Below, piece by piece: positions 9,734-19,138 of a stretch of 24,000 nt of DNA (the stretch's first letter is position 1; each line of letters opens with the position of its first letter). Origin of the DNA: Yersinia nurmii (GTDB lineage: Bacteria; Pseudomonadota; Gammaproteobacteria; Enterobacterales; Enterobacteriaceae); the NCBI RefSeq assembly GCF_001112925.1, contig NZ_CPYD01000016.1, forward strand, positions 35,882 to 59,881, in the 5' to 3' direction. A program made the translations under genes and the position numbers. The notes under the pieces are model-generated. The model saw only the letters and a program-made list of their open reading frames with translations. It was not told the origin of the DNA and ran no database searches.

Positions 9734-10987
9734 TTATGCATAAACCGGGAAACGGGCGCAAATTTCCAGAACTTTTTGTTTAGTTCGTTCGATAGTCGCT
9801 TCGTCGTTGATGTCATCCAATACATCACACATCCAGCCAGCCAGCTTGATGGATTCCGCTTCTTTGAAACCGCGACGAGTGATAGCCGGGGAACCAATAC
9901 GCACGCCGGAAGTTACAAACGGGCTCTTAGGATCGTTAGGCACGCTGTTTTTGTTCACAGTGATATTGGCACGACCCAAAGCGGCATCCGCATCTTTACC
10001 GGTGATATCTTTGTCCACCAGATCCAGCAGGAACAGATGGTTTTCAGTACCGCCAGAAACCACTTTGTAGCCGCGTTCCAAGAAGACAGACACCATCGCT
10101 TTCGCGTTTTTGGCAACCTGCTGCTGGTAAACCTTAAATTCAGGCTCCATTGCTTCTTTCAGCGCTACGGCTTTACCGGCGATAACATGCATCAACGGGC
10201 CACCCTGGTTTGCAGGGAATACGGAAGAATTCAGTTTCTTATACAGTTCTTCGTCGCCGCCTTTCGCCAAAATCAGACCGCCACGTGGGCCAGCCAGAGT
10301 TTTGTGAGTGGTCGTGGTGACGATGTGCGCGTGAGGCACCGGGTTAGGGTAAACGCCCGCAGCAACCAAACCCGCCACATGAGCCATGTCCACAAACAAC
10401 CATGCGCCAATGCTATCAGCGATTTCACGCATTTTTGCCCAATCAACAATACCTGAATAGGCAGAAAAGCCGCCGATGATCATTTTGGGTTTATGAAGTT
10501 CAGCCTGACGCGCCATGTCGTCATAGTCGATCTTGCCAGACTCATCGATGCCGTAAGGAACGATGTTGTACAGTTTACCGGAGAAGTTTACCGGAGAGCC
10601 GTGAGTCAGATGGCCGCCATGGGCCAGATTCATACCCAATACGGTGTCGCCTGGCTGCAGCAGCGCGGAATAAACCGCAACGTTAGCCTGTGAGCCTGAG
10701 TGCGGCTGAACGTTGGCATAATCTGCGCCAAACAACTCTTTCGCGCGGTCGATAGCCAGTTGCTCAACCACATCGACATACTCACAGCCACCGTAGTAAC
10801 GCTTGCCCGGATAACCTTCAGCATATTTGTTCGTCAACTGGGAACCCTGCGCCTGCATAACACGCGGGCTGGTATAGTTCTCAGACGCAATCAGCTCGAT
10901 GTGCTCTTCCTGGCGCACCACTTCTTGCTCCATTGCACGCCATAATTCTGCATCATAATCGGCAATGTTCATTTCACGCTTTAACAT
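9734..10987 (-). CDS. glyA: Serine hydroxymethyltransferase
   Basis: 417-aa ORF with the PLP-lysine motif [14 protein letters not shown]. Very high similarity to E. coli GlyA. Confidence 0.98.
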   Translation of the reverse strand: MLKREMNIADYDAELWRAMEQEVVRQEEHIELIASENYTSPRVMQAQGSQLTNKYAEGYPGKRYYGGCEYVDVVEQLAIDRAKELFGADYANVQPHSGSQANVAVYSALLQPGDTVLGMNLAHGGHLTHGSPVNFSGKLYNIVPYGIDESGKIDYDDMARQAELHKPKMIIGGFSAYSGIVDWAKMREIADSIGAWLFVDMAHVAGLVAAGVYPNPVPHAHIVTTTTHKTLAGPRGGLILAKGGDEELYKKLNSSVFPANQGGPLMHVIAGKAVALKEAMEPEFKVYQQQVAKNAKAMVSVFLERGYKVVSGGTENHLFLLDLVDKDITGKDADAALGRANITVNKNSVPNDPKSPFVTSGVRIGSPAITRRGFKEAESIKLAGWMCDVLDDINDEATIERTKQKVLEICARFPVYA

Positions 10988-11100
10988 CCGGCTCTCCTGA
11001 CTCAGCTAACTAAATACACCTAGTGGACCACCCGTTTGGGTTCTGCTCCACAGTGTAAACTGTTTTCACCTCGTTAAGATAGGTCTTGACAGAGGTTTTT

Positions 11101-11116
11101 ACGCAAACGATTGGCT
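11101..11116. promoter_or_regulatory. Candidate PurR (PUR box) operator upstream of glyA
   Basis: ACGCAAACGATTGGCT. The left half, ACGCAAACG, matches the PUR box consensus (ACGCAAACGTTTTCNT) perfectly, while the right half is degenerate. glyA is a known PurR target in E. coli. Confidence 0.4.
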
Positions 11117-11272
11117 TCAAGCCACATAAGGCTTTTCACTGCTCAGAGTTCACACAAATCAACGGATTTATCCTCATGTTGAGTATGCGGTTTTTTCATA
11201 AGTGTGAACTGGAGCGTAACGATAAGCGCCCTAACTACTGAATGTGTATTTACAAGCCAGGTTGTTTTTTAT

Positions 11273-11295
11273 AAGATGTATTTAAAATACATGTA
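11273..11295. promoter_or_regulatory. NsrR operator (11-1-11 inverted repeat) in the hmp promoter
   Basis: AAGATGTATTT-A-AAATACATGTA. This has the geometry and sequence of the AAGATGCYTTT-type NsrR half-sites known at E. coli hmp. It lies 44 bp upstream of the hmp ATG. Confidence 0.65.
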
Positions 11296-11338
11296 TTGAT
11301 TTGCACATTATTATTCGAAAAATTATAGGAGCCTCACC

Positions 11339-12529
11339 ATGCTGGATAGCCAAACCATCGCCACTGTAAAATCAACCATTCCTTTGCTGGTTGAAACCGG
11401 TTCGAAACTCACAGAGCATTTTTACGATCGTATGTTTGCTCATAACCCTGAGCTGAAAGATACCTTTAATATGAGCAATCAGTTCAGCGGCGATCAGCGT
11501 GAAGCTTTGTTTAATGCTATCTGCACCTACGCGGCCAACATTGAAAACCTTGCGACTCTGCTGCCTGCGGTTGAACGTATTGCTCAAAAACACACCAGCC
11601 TGAGTATTCAACCGGCTGATTATCAAATCGTAGGCAAACATTTAATTGCAACGCTGGATGAATTATTCAGCCCCGGTCAGGAAGTGTTGGATGCGTGGGC
11701 CAAAGCTTACGGTGTGCTGGCAGACGTGTTTATTCAACGCGAAGAGCAAATTTATCGTGAAGTGGAAGAAAATATCGGCGGCTGGAGAACCCTGCGTCGT
11801 TTCCGCATTGCGAAAAAAGAGATGCAAAGCGACGTTATTTGCAGCTTCTTGCTGGAGCCGGAAGACGGCGGCAGCGTAGTGAACTTCAAGCCGGGTCAAT
11901 ATTTGGGTATTTACATCGAAGATAGCCGGTTAGAAAACCGTCAAATTCGCCAATATTCCCTGACCGCTGCGCCTAACGGTAAATCCTACCGTATTGCGGT
12001 AAAACGCGAAGAAAAAGGTACGGTATCCAACTACTTGCATAACATCGCGCAGGAAGGCGACATCGTGCGCATTGCACCACCGCGCGGCGATTTCTTCCTC
12101 GATATTTCACCGGAAACCCCAGTAGCACTGATTTCTGCTGGCGTGGGCCAAACGCCAATGTTGAGCATGTTGCATACGCTTTACGCTCAACAACATAGCG
12201 CCGAAGTGCACTGGTTCCATGCGGCGGAAAATGGCCGGGTTCACGCCTTTGCCGATGAAGTCGCTGAAATAGCAAAAAATATGCCGAACCTGAATCGCCA
12301 CGTTTGGTATCGCCGGCCGGAAGAACAGGATATCCCTGGTCAGCATTACCATAGCGAAGGCTTTATGAATCTGGCTGAGTTGCAGTCATTGATTACGCAT
12401 CCTGGTATGCATTACTACTTCTGCGGCCCCTTGGTCTTCATGCAGTTTGTTGGTAAGCAATTACTGGAAATAGGCGTCCCGGCAGAACATATTCACTATG
12501 AATGTTTCGGTCCACACAAAGTGATTTAA
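11339..12529 (+). CDS. hmp: Flavohemoprotein (nitric oxide dioxygenase) Hmp
   Basis: 396-aa ORF with an N-terminal globin domain and a C-terminal FNR-like reductase (RQYSL FAD motif, GVGQTPM NAD motif). Divergent from glyA, as in E. coli. Confidence 0.97.
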   Translation: MLDSQTIATVKSTIPLLVETGSKLTEHFYDRMFAHNPELKDTFNMSNQFSGDQREALFNAICTYAANIENLATLLPAVERIAQKHTSLSIQPADYQIVGKHLIATLDELFSPGQEVLDAWAKAYGVLADVFIQREEQIYREVEENIGGWRTLRRFRIAKKEMQSDVICSFLLEPEDGGSVVNFKPGQYLGIYIEDSRLENRQIRQYSLTAAPNGKSYRIAVKREEKGTVSNYLHNIAQEGDIVRIAPPRGDFFLDISPETPVALISAGVGQTPMLSMLHTLYAQQHSAEVHWFHAAENGRVHAFADEVAEIAKNMPNLNRHVWYRRPEEQDIPGQHYHSEGFMNLAELQSLITHPGMHYYFCGPLVFMQFVGKQLLEIGVPAEHIHYECFGPHKVI

Positions 12530-12554
12530 TTGATAAGTTTTTCTGCATTTTTTT

Positions 12555-12587
12555 ACCGGCCAGTCTGCATTGTTGGCCGGTTTTTGT
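12555..12587 (+). terminator. Rho-independent terminator of hmp
   Basis: Stem ACCGGCCA (12555-12562) / TGGCCGGT (12574-12581), followed by TTTTTGTTG. Confidence 0.8.
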
Positions 12588-12659
12588 TGTATTGAATCTG
12601 CACTTTCCTCAGATAATTATTGTACTTATATTGTGATCAATAACGCCCCCGCTCGCTTT

Positions 12660-12731
12660 TATCATTGCAAACATCTATTATTTATATGAATGTTTAAATG
12701 TTCATATAATTGAAAATTAATATCATTGTAA
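12660..12731. promoter_or_regulatory. Ordered repeat-palindrome-repeat array upstream of yhfZ (candidate operator/promoter region)
   Basis: TATCATTGCAA (12660-12670), a 12-bp gap, the palindrome TATATGAA-N10-TTCATATA (12683-12708), a 12-bp gap, then TATCATTGTAA (12721-12731). The array lies 59-130 bp upstream of the yhfZ ATG in an AT-rich spacer. Confidence 0.3.
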
Positions 12732-12789
12732 TCAATAGTATTAAAGTCACTATCTGCACCCAGATAACATAAGGCTAAATACACCCAGC

Positions 12790-13689
12790 ATGAGTAGAAA
12801 ATTCATAAAAAAAGAAGGGTTGGCTCTGGTATCCATGGCGCGCTATTTAATTGGCGAACGCCCAGGAAATCGACTGAAAACCATCGACGAGTTATCGGAG
12901 AATTTCGCGATTTCCGTAGGCGTGGTTCAACACGCCTTGAAGGTATTGGAACAAGAAGGCGCTATCGTCGTAGAGCGCCGTGGCCGCAACGGAACGCAGC
13001 TTATGGATCTCAATATGTCTTGCCTGCTACAACAGGCGGATTTGGGTAATATGGTTTGCGCTATGCCGCTGCCCTATACCAAGCTGTACGAAGGGCTAGC
13101 CAGCGGATTAAAGGAGCAATTTACCATTTTACCGCTGTATTTTGCCCATATGCGTGGTGCAGAAGTGCGAGTCGAGTGTTTGATCGACGGCATCTACGAT
13201 ATGGCGGTAGTTTCTCGTTTGGCAGCGCAGGATTATGTTGATCAGGGTAAAGTTACCGTTGCGCTAAATTTAGGCACGGGCTCCTACGTTGACGGCCACC
13301 AACTGATTTGCCGCCGAGGCGAAGAACATAATATTCGCCGCGTCGGGCTGGATCCGCGCTCTCCGGACCAATGTCTGTTAACGGAAATTAAATTTGCCAA
13401 TCAAAATATAGAACGGGTCGATGTGCCTTACAGCGACTGCGTCGCGCAAATTAGCCGCGGTGAAATTGACGCAGCAATATGGAACCTGACTGACGATGTT
13501 TCCCATGATAATTTACAGGCCACCAAACTGCGTGGGGACGAACGCTATATTCAAGCCTCTCAGGCCGTGATATTAATTAGACCAGATAATCACCCAATAA
13601 AACTATTATTGGAGAATGGTATTAACTCACAGCAATTATTACAGCACCAAAGTGATGTACAACTCGGTAAAGTTGACCCACGTTATTAA
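12790..13689 (+). CDS. yhfZ: YhfZ-family transcriptional regulator (GntR-like wHTH plus C-terminal ligand-binding-like domain)
   Basis: 299-aa ORF. The N-terminal wHTH (IDELSENFAISVGVVQHALKVLEQEGAIVVERRGRNGT) is GntR-like. Length and the start MSRKFIKKEG match E. coli YhfZ as recalled. It is the first gene of the cassette. Confidence 0.85.
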   Translation: MSRKFIKKEGLALVSMARYLIGERPGNRLKTIDELSENFAISVGVVQHALKVLEQEGAIVVERRGRNGTQLMDLNMSCLLQQADLGNMVCAMPLPYTKLYEGLASGLKEQFTILPLYFAHMRGAEVRVECLIDGIYDMAVVSRLAAQDYVDQGKVTVALNLGTGSYVDGHQLICRRGEEHNIRRVGLDPRSPDQCLLTEIKFANQNIERVDVPYSDCVAQISRGEIDAAIWNLTDDVSHDNLQATKLRGDERYIQASQAVILIRPDNHPIKLLLENGINSQQLLQHQSDVQLGKVDPRY

Positions 13690-13708
13690 TGAATAGTCCG
13701 GAGATATT

Positions 13709-14077
13709 ATGGATCCGCGCCTCAGTATTTTATATCAGGCTGGGGTAATTGATGAAGAGGTATTCCTTGGAATGAATAAAGTTATCAATAGATTAGCTAA
13801 TTTTTGGCAAATATCCGTTGATAACGTTCAGGGGGAAATGGCGGTGACGCATATGGCTAATGCCCTGATGCGAACCCGCCGTGGCGAACTGATTAAGGGA
13901 ATGGATGCGGATTTGTTGTCCGAAATAATCCAAAGCGAAGATATTCAATATATTCGAGATATTAATCAAGATTTGCTGGCCTACTTTGATATTAAGCCTG
14001 ATGATAATGAGCAGGGTTACTTGCTGTCTAATTTGTACAGCCTCTACCTTGCCAGTAACCTACCACCTTTGAGATAA
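13709..14077 (+). CDS. yhfY: YhfY, small PRD-domain-only protein
   Basis: 122-aa ORF, about the size of E. coli YhfY (about 120 aa). Contains a PRD-like His context (MAVTHMANALMRTRRGE). GGAG RBS upstream, and 19 bp after yhfZ. Confidence 0.8.
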   Translation: MDPRLSILYQAGVIDEEVFLGMNKVINRLANFWQISVDNVQGEMAVTHMANALMRTRRGELIKGMDADLLSEIIQSEDIQYIRDINQDLLAYFDIKPDDNEQGYLLSNLYSLYLASNLPPLR

Positions 14078-14185
14078 GCAGCTACACTGAAGAACGCACC
14101 AACGCTGGTTCATTGCATAATAAATATTCAAAAAAATAATAATTTAAATTAATAAAATGACGCCTGAAAGCGTCCAGGAAACAGC

Positions 14186-15340
14186 ATGTTTTTGAATGCC
14201 TTAAGAAAACAGAACCCAGCTCTGATTGATACAGCGATTATGCTGTGGCAACAGGGTAAAATAGGCCCGGATACTTACGTTATCGATGTAGATCAAACGT
14301 TATCCAATGCCCAGAGTCTGCTGGACGAAGCCAGACGTTGCAATATCAAGCTATACCTGATGAGTAAGCAATTCGGACGCAATCCCGAACTCTGCAAACG
14401 CCTGTTGGCATGCGGTTATCAGGGCGTGGTGGCGGTGGATTTTAAAGAGGTCAGGCAACTCTATCAGCACGGAATTCCGGTGGCTCACGTTGGGCATTTG
14501 GTCCAGCCACCGTCGGGTATGGTGGACGAAATTGTCAGTCAGCAACCTGAAGTCATCACCATTTTCTCGCTGGAGAAAGCACAGCAAATTTCTGAAGCCG
14601 CTCAAAAGCAAGGCAAAAATCAGCCAATCATGCTGAAAGTCAACCAGGTAGGCGATCTGCTCTATGCCGGTCAGGAAGGCGGCTTTGAACTCAATCAACT
14701 GCCAGAAGTCATTCAGGCTATTGCTGCTATGCCTGCGATCAAACTGGTTGGCGTGACCCATTTCCCGTGCATGCTGTTTAATCCTCAGGAACAGCGAACC
14801 CTGCCAACCACCAATATGTTTACGCTGCTAGCAGCGAAAGAGATTCTGGAAAAACAAGGCATTAATGTTGAACAAGTCAACGCGCCTTCTGCCGCCTGCA
14901 TTCAAGCTATGCCCGAACTGGCACAGTTAGGCGTTACCCATACCGAACCGGGCCATGCGCTAACCGGCACGATTCCAGCCAACCAAAACGGCTCTCAGCC
15001 GGAAAAAGTCTCGCTGCTGTATCTCTCCGAAATCTCGCATCATGTCGGAGAGACCAGCTACTTCTTCGGCGGCGGTTACTACCGTCGTGGCCACCTGAAC
15101 AATGCACTGATATGGCACAACCAGGCTTACCACAACAGTCAGGTATTGCCTGTGGATGACAGCAGCATCGATTATTGCCTGCGTTTAAGCGATAAATTCC
15201 CGATCGACAGCCCGCTGGTAATGAGTTTCCGCACCCAAATATTTGTCACTCGCAGCGACGTCGCATTGGTGGAGGGAATCCAAAGCGGAGAACCAAAATT
15301 AATCGGCCGCTATGACAGTCAGGGGAATAGCCTGGACTAA
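14186..15340 (+). CDS. yhfX: YhfX, fold-type III PLP enzyme (alanine racemase N-terminal domain-like; putative amino-acid racemase/lyase)
   Basis: 384-aa ORF. The start [14 protein letters not shown] parallels E. coli YhfX, and the position in the yhf cassette fits. AGGAA RBS at 14176-14180. Confidence 0.85.
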   Translation: MFLNALRKQNPALIDTAIMLWQQGKIGPDTYVIDVDQTLSNAQSLLDEARRCNIKLYLMSKQFGRNPELCKRLLACGYQGVVAVDFKEVRQLYQHGIPVAHVGHLVQPPSGMVDEIVSQQPEVITIFSLEKAQQISEAAQKQGKNQPIMLKVNQVGDLLYAGQEGGFELNQLPEVIQAIAAMPAIKLVGVTHFPCMLFNPQEQRTLPTTNMFTLLAAKEILEKQGINVEQVNAPSAACIQAMPELAQLGVTHTEPGHALTGTIPANQNGSQPEKVSLLYLSEISHHVGETSYFFGGGYYRRGHLNNALIWHNQAYHNSQVLPVDDSSIDYCLRLSDKFPIDSPLVMSFRTQIFVTRSDVALVEGIQSGEPKLIGRYDSQGNSLD

Positions 15341-15350
15341 GGAGATTGCC

Positions 15351-16589
15351 ATGAGTAAATTCATGGTATTGGTCATTGATAGTTTTGGTATTGGAGAAAT
15401 GCCGGATGTTCCTCTCGTCCGGCCGCAGGATATCGGTGCCAATACCTGCGGGCACATTCTTGAAACCCTTCCCGAATTATATTTACCCACGCTGGAAAAA
15501 CTCGGTCTTATCAACACATTAGGCTACACACCAAATTTAATGCAGCCCAATCCCTCCGCCGCCTTTGGTCGGATGTTATTGCAACATGAAGGTGGCGATA
15601 CCTTTATCGGCCATCAGGAAATTATGGGCACTTTACCTTTGCCACCACTTTCTATGCCTTTCTCTGCCGTGATTGATAACGTCGCAGCCCAACTTACCAA
15701 CAACGGCTATCAGGTAGAACGCATAACTTTAAATAACCTGAGCTATTTATGGGTGAATCAGGGAGCGGCGATCGGCGATAATCTGGAGGCCGATTTAGGT
15801 CAGGTGTATAACATCAGCGCTGATTTTAATCGATTATCCTTCGAGCAAGTGCTAGCCATCGGTCAATTGGTCCGTGAAACCGTTAAAGTCGGACGAGTTA
15901 TCGCTTTTGGGGGCGATTTGCCGGATACCGCCGATCTGCTGCGGGCGGCGGAAAGTCGTGAAGGGAAATATATTGGTATCAATGCGCCTAATTCCGGTGT
16001 CTATCGACACAATTTTCGCGTAGCGCATTTGGGTTATGGCGTCGATGAACGGGTGCAGGCTCCAGCCATGTTATGGCAGCGACATATTCCTACTGTACTG
16101 ATCGGTAAGGTTGCCGATATAGTAAGTAACGCTAATGGAATCAATTACGCGGGGATTGTCGATTCTCAGACCATTCTTGATATTATGCGCGACGAATTGC
16201 TCAAACCCGGAGACTGTTTTATCTGTACCAACATTCAGGAAACCGATCTGGCTGGTCATCAACAAGACACCCTGCGTTACGCCGACCGGCTGCAACTGGT
16301 AGACAGCGCACTCAATCAGATAATGGCCGCAATGCAACCCGATGACATTCTGGTTGTCATTGCCGACCACGGTAACGACCCCACCATCGGCCACGGTAAA
16401 CACACGCGAGAGCAAGTGCCACTGCTGGTTTATCAGCGCGGGCTTTCCGCCGTCGATCTAGGCACTCGCCGTACGTTATCCGACGTAGGTGCGACCGCCT
16501 GCGCGTTTTTCTCGGCGCCTATGCCGCAAAATGGCCAATCTTTTCTCACTCTGCTACGCCCATCGGTTTCCCGGAGCCATTCCCAATGA
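15351..16589 (+). CDS. yhfW: YhfW, phosphopentomutase-like metalloenzyme (alkaline-phosphatase superfamily)
   Basis: The ORF track starts at 15312. The ATG at 15351 has an AAGGAG RBS and gives [19 protein letters not shown], the DeoB-like N-terminal metal-ligand motif. ADHGNDPT is the C-terminal metal-ligand motif. The stop overlaps the php start (ATGA). Confidence 0.85.
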   Translation: MSKFMVLVIDSFGIGEMPDVPLVRPQDIGANTCGHILETLPELYLPTLEKLGLINTLGYTPNLMQPNPSAAFGRMLLQHEGGDTFIGHQEIMGTLPLPPLSMPFSAVIDNVAAQLTNNGYQVERITLNNLSYLWVNQGAAIGDNLEADLGQVYNISADFNRLSFEQVLAIGQLVRETVKVGRVIAFGGDLPDTADLLRAAESREGKYIGINAPNSGVYRHNFRVAHLGYGVDERVQAPAMLWQRHIPTVLIGKVADIVSNANGINYAGIVDSQTILDIMRDELLKPGDCFICTNIQETDLAGHQQDTLRYADRLQLVDSALNQIMAAMQPDDILVVIADHGNDPTIGHGKHTREQVPLLVYQRGLSAVDLGTRRTLSDVGATACAFFSAPMPQNGQSFLTLLRPSVSRSHSQ

Positions 16590-17473
16590 TTAACCCCAAT
16601 GGTTATACCTACGCTCACGAACATCTGCATATTGATTTATCTGGTTTTAAAGACAACATCGACTGTCGTTTGGATCAATACGAGCCGATATGTCAGGAAA
16701 TGCGCGAGCTGGTGAGCAAAGGCGTCAACAATATTGTTGAAGTCACCAATAAATACATGGGGCGTAACCCGCAGTTCTTATTGAATCTGATGCGAGATAG
16801 TGGCATAAACATCATCGCTTCAACAGGTTACTACACCGACCATTTCTATCCTCAATTGGTGCGTGACAGCTCGGCACAACAATTGGCACAGACCATGATC
16901 GATGAAATCGAAGTGGGCATTGATGGCACCGACCTGAAAGCCGGAGTTATCGCCGAGATTGGTACCAGCGAAAACTGTGTCACGGACGACGAAGCAAAAG
17001 TGTTTCACGCCGCCGCACTAGCGCACCATGCCACCGGTCTCGCCATTTCGACCCATACCAGCTTTAGCACTATGGGACTGCAGCAAATCGCGCTGCTGGA
17101 GCAATATGGCGTACCGCTGGATCGGGTGGTTATCGGCCACTGCGATTTAAAAGAACAGCCGGATTTGATTTTGCAGATGATCGATAAGGGCGTGTATGTC
17201 CAGTTCGATACCATTGGTAAAAACAGCTATTTCCCGGATGAACGACGCATCGCCATGCTGGTTTATCTGGCTGAGCGCGGTGTGCTAGATAAAGTCATGC
17301 TTTCGATGGATATTACCCGCCGTTCTCATTTAAAAGCCAACGGTGGCACAGGTTTCAGTTATCTGGTTGATTCATTTATTCCAATGCTTTTGGCCGCAGG
17401 TATTTCACACCATCAGGTGGAAATGATGCTGCGCCATAATCCAAATACATTCTTCTCTACGCAAGGACAGTGA
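16586..17473 (+). CDS. php: Phosphotriesterase homology protein (amidohydrolase superfamily, binuclear metal centre)
   Basis: 295-aa ORF with the HxH motif [12 protein letters not shown]. Long blocks are identical to E. coli Php ([39 protein letters not shown]). Confidence 0.92.
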   Translation: MINPNGYTYAHEHLHIDLSGFKDNIDCRLDQYEPICQEMRELVSKGVNNIVEVTNKYMGRNPQFLLNLMRDSGINIIASTGYYTDHFYPQLVRDSSAQQLAQTMIDEIEVGIDGTDLKAGVIAEIGTSENCVTDDEAKVFHAAALAHHATGLAISTHTSFSTMGLQQIALLEQYGVPLDRVVIGHCDLKEQPDLILQMIDKGVYVQFDTIGKNSYFPDERRIAMLVYLAERGVLDKVMLSMDITRRSHLKANGGTGFSYLVDSFIPMLLAAGISHHQVEMMLRHNPNTFFSTQGQ

Positions 17474-17475
17474 CT

Positions 17476-17829
17476 ATGAAAAAGATCGGCATCGTCGGGT
17501 TACAACGTGAGCTGATACGAGAACTGATCGATAAAACTGCGCCCGCCAGCTTTGAAACTTTTATTCTGACCGATATGGATGCAGCGGTAAAAGTGAAAGA
17601 TGGGCAGCTGGATTATTATATTGGCGCATGTAATACCGGTGCAGGTGCAGCATTATCCATGGCGATAGCCATTATTGGTTATAACAAAAGCGCCACCATT
17701 GCCAAACCGGGTATCAAAGCCAAACCGGAACAGATCGAGAAATTCATTGCCGAAGGCAAAGTCGCCTTTGGTTTATCCGTGGAGCATATTGAACACGCCA
17801 TTCCGCTGCTGATCACTCAGCTGCGCTAA
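17476..17829 (+). CDS. yhfU: YhfU (DUF2620) small soluble protein
   Basis: The ATG at 17476 gives MKKIGIVGLQ..., matching the E. coli YhfU N-terminus (MKKIG...). The track GTG at 17470 overlaps the php stop. The conserved block is GQLDYYIGACNTGAGAALS. 117 aa. Confidence 0.85.
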   Translation: MKKIGIVGLQRELIRELIDKTAPASFETFILTDMDAAVKVKDGQLDYYIGACNTGAGAALSMAIAIIGYNKSATIAKPGIKAKPEQIEKFIAEGKVAFGLSVEHIEHAIPLLITQLR

Positions 17830-17839
17830 GGGGATAACC

Positions 17840-19138
17840 GTGGATTACATTCATATCATCGTGGTTGCTTTGCTAACCGGGATGACCGCCCTGCTTTCTC
17901 ACCGCTCCGTCGCCGTATTTCATGACGGTATCCGCCCGATTTTACCGCAGTTGGTAGAAGGCAATATGAGCCGCAGAGAAGCGGGCAGTATCGCTTTCGG
18001 CCTCAGCGTCGGTTTTATCGCTTCAGTCGGGATTTCCTTTACACTTTCCACCGGTTTACTGAACTCCTGGCTACTGTTCCTGCCAACTGACATCATCGGC
18101 GTGCTGGCGATCAACAGCTATCTAGCATTTGCTCTCGGCGCCGCCTGGGGCATTCTGGCGCTGACCTCACTGCCTGCAGTCAACACAGCGTTAACCTCTC
18201 TGCCAGTCAACTTTATCGGTTCGCTGGGTGAACTGAGCAGCCCCGTTATCTCTGCCTTTGCGCTGTTCCCACTGGTCGCTATTTTCTATCAGTTTGGCTG
18301 GAAAACTGCGGTAGTTTCAGCAATTATCGTGCTGATGACCCGTTTGGTTATCACTCGTTTCACCGGCTTGTTCCCTGAATCCATCGAAATCTTTGTCGGC
18401 ATGGTATTGCTCATCGGTATAGCTATTGCTCAGGATCTTCGCGCCAAAACCCACCTCGGCGGTGGTGGAGGACATTCAGTATTTGAGGAGCGAACCCAGA
18501 GGATAATTAAGAACCTGCCGCTATTGGCTATTGTCGGCGGGCTGATTTCCGCCGTTGCCAGTATGAAACTGTTTGCCGGTAGCGAAGTATCAATTTATAC
18601 GCTGGCAAAAGCCTATGCGCCGGGGATTACGCCGGAAGAGTCACTGTCACTGGTTCATCAGGCTTCATTGGCCGAATTTATGCGTGGCTTAGGCTTTGTG
18701 CCACTGATTGCCACCACAGCGCTAGCGACTGGCGTGTATGCGGTAGCCGGTTTCACCTTCGTCTTTGTCGTCGGTTACCTGATTCCAAACCCGCTGCTGG
18801 CGGCGTTGGTCGGTGCCGTAGTGATCTCGCTAGAAGTGCTGCTGCTACGCACTATTGGTAAATGGCTTGGCCGCTTCCCATCAGTGCGTAACGCTTCGGA
18901 TAATATCCGTAACGCTATGAATTTGTTGATGGAATATGCGTTACTGATCGGCGCTATTTTTGCTTCCATCAAAATGGCTGGCTATACCGGTTTCACTATT
19001 ACCACGGCGTTATACTTCCTGAATGAAGCTATTGGCCGCCCGGTAATGAAAATTGCAGCGCCTGTCGTTGCAGTGATTCTAGCGGGTATCTTGCTTAACC
19101 TGTTCTATTGGCTTGGATTGTTCGTCGTTCCGGTCTGA
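17840..19138 (+). CDS. yhfT: YhfT, polytopic inner-membrane protein (putative transporter)
   Basis: 432-aa highly hydrophobic ORF with a GTG start and an AAGGGGA RBS. Long blocks match E. coli YhfT (AVFHDGIRPILPQL, FLPTDI, FMRGLGFVPLIATTALATGVYAVAGFTF, SVRNASDNIRNAMN). Confidence 0.85.
   Translation: MDYIHIIVVALLTGMTALLSHRSVAVFHDGIRPILPQLVEGNMSRREAGSIAFGLSVGFIASVGISFTLSTGLLNSWLLFLPTDIIGVLAINSYLAFALGAAWGILALTSLPAVNTALTSLPVNFIGSLGELSSPVISAFALFPLVAIFYQFGWKTAVVSAIIVLMTRLVITRFTGLFPESIEIFVGMVLLIGIAIAQDLRAKTHLGGGGGHSVFEERTQRIIKNLPLLAIVGGLISAVASMKLFAGSEVSIYTLAKAYAPGITPEESLSLVHQASLAEFMRGLGFVPLIATTALATGVYAVAGFTFVFVVGYLIPNPLLAALVGAVVISLEVLLLRTIGKWLGRFPSVRNASDNIRNAMNLLMEYALLIGAIFASIKMAGYTGFTITTALYFLNEAIGRPVMKIAAPVVAVILAGILLNLFYWLGLFVVPV

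Noticed and set aside
9776-10456. 226-aa + strand ORF (and other long antisense ORFs at 2042..2554, 37..279, 14351..14761, 10700..10945, 11372..11641, 23062..23370, 23452..23733).
   Set aside because: All lie entirely antisense to strongly supported conserved genes (glyA, iscS, hscB, yhfX, hmp, qseG). Their translations are low-complexity or Arg/Ser/Thr-rich with no motif I recognise, and they lack convincing RBSs. These are typical shadow ORFs.
12631-12646. TGTGATCAATAACGCC resembling a CRP site (TGTGA-N6-TCACA).
   Set aside because: Only the left half-site matches, and the right half (ACGCC) is poor. It is kept only as part of the repeated TTGTRATCAATA motif.
14157-14195. 12-codon upstream ORF ([12 protein letters not shown]) overlapping the yhfX start codon out of frame. 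It could be a leader peptide.
   Set aside because: There is no Shine-Dalgarno sequence upstream, only an AT run. There is no regulatory-codon enrichment and it is very short, so this is most likely chance. The hairpin it spans is reported separately.
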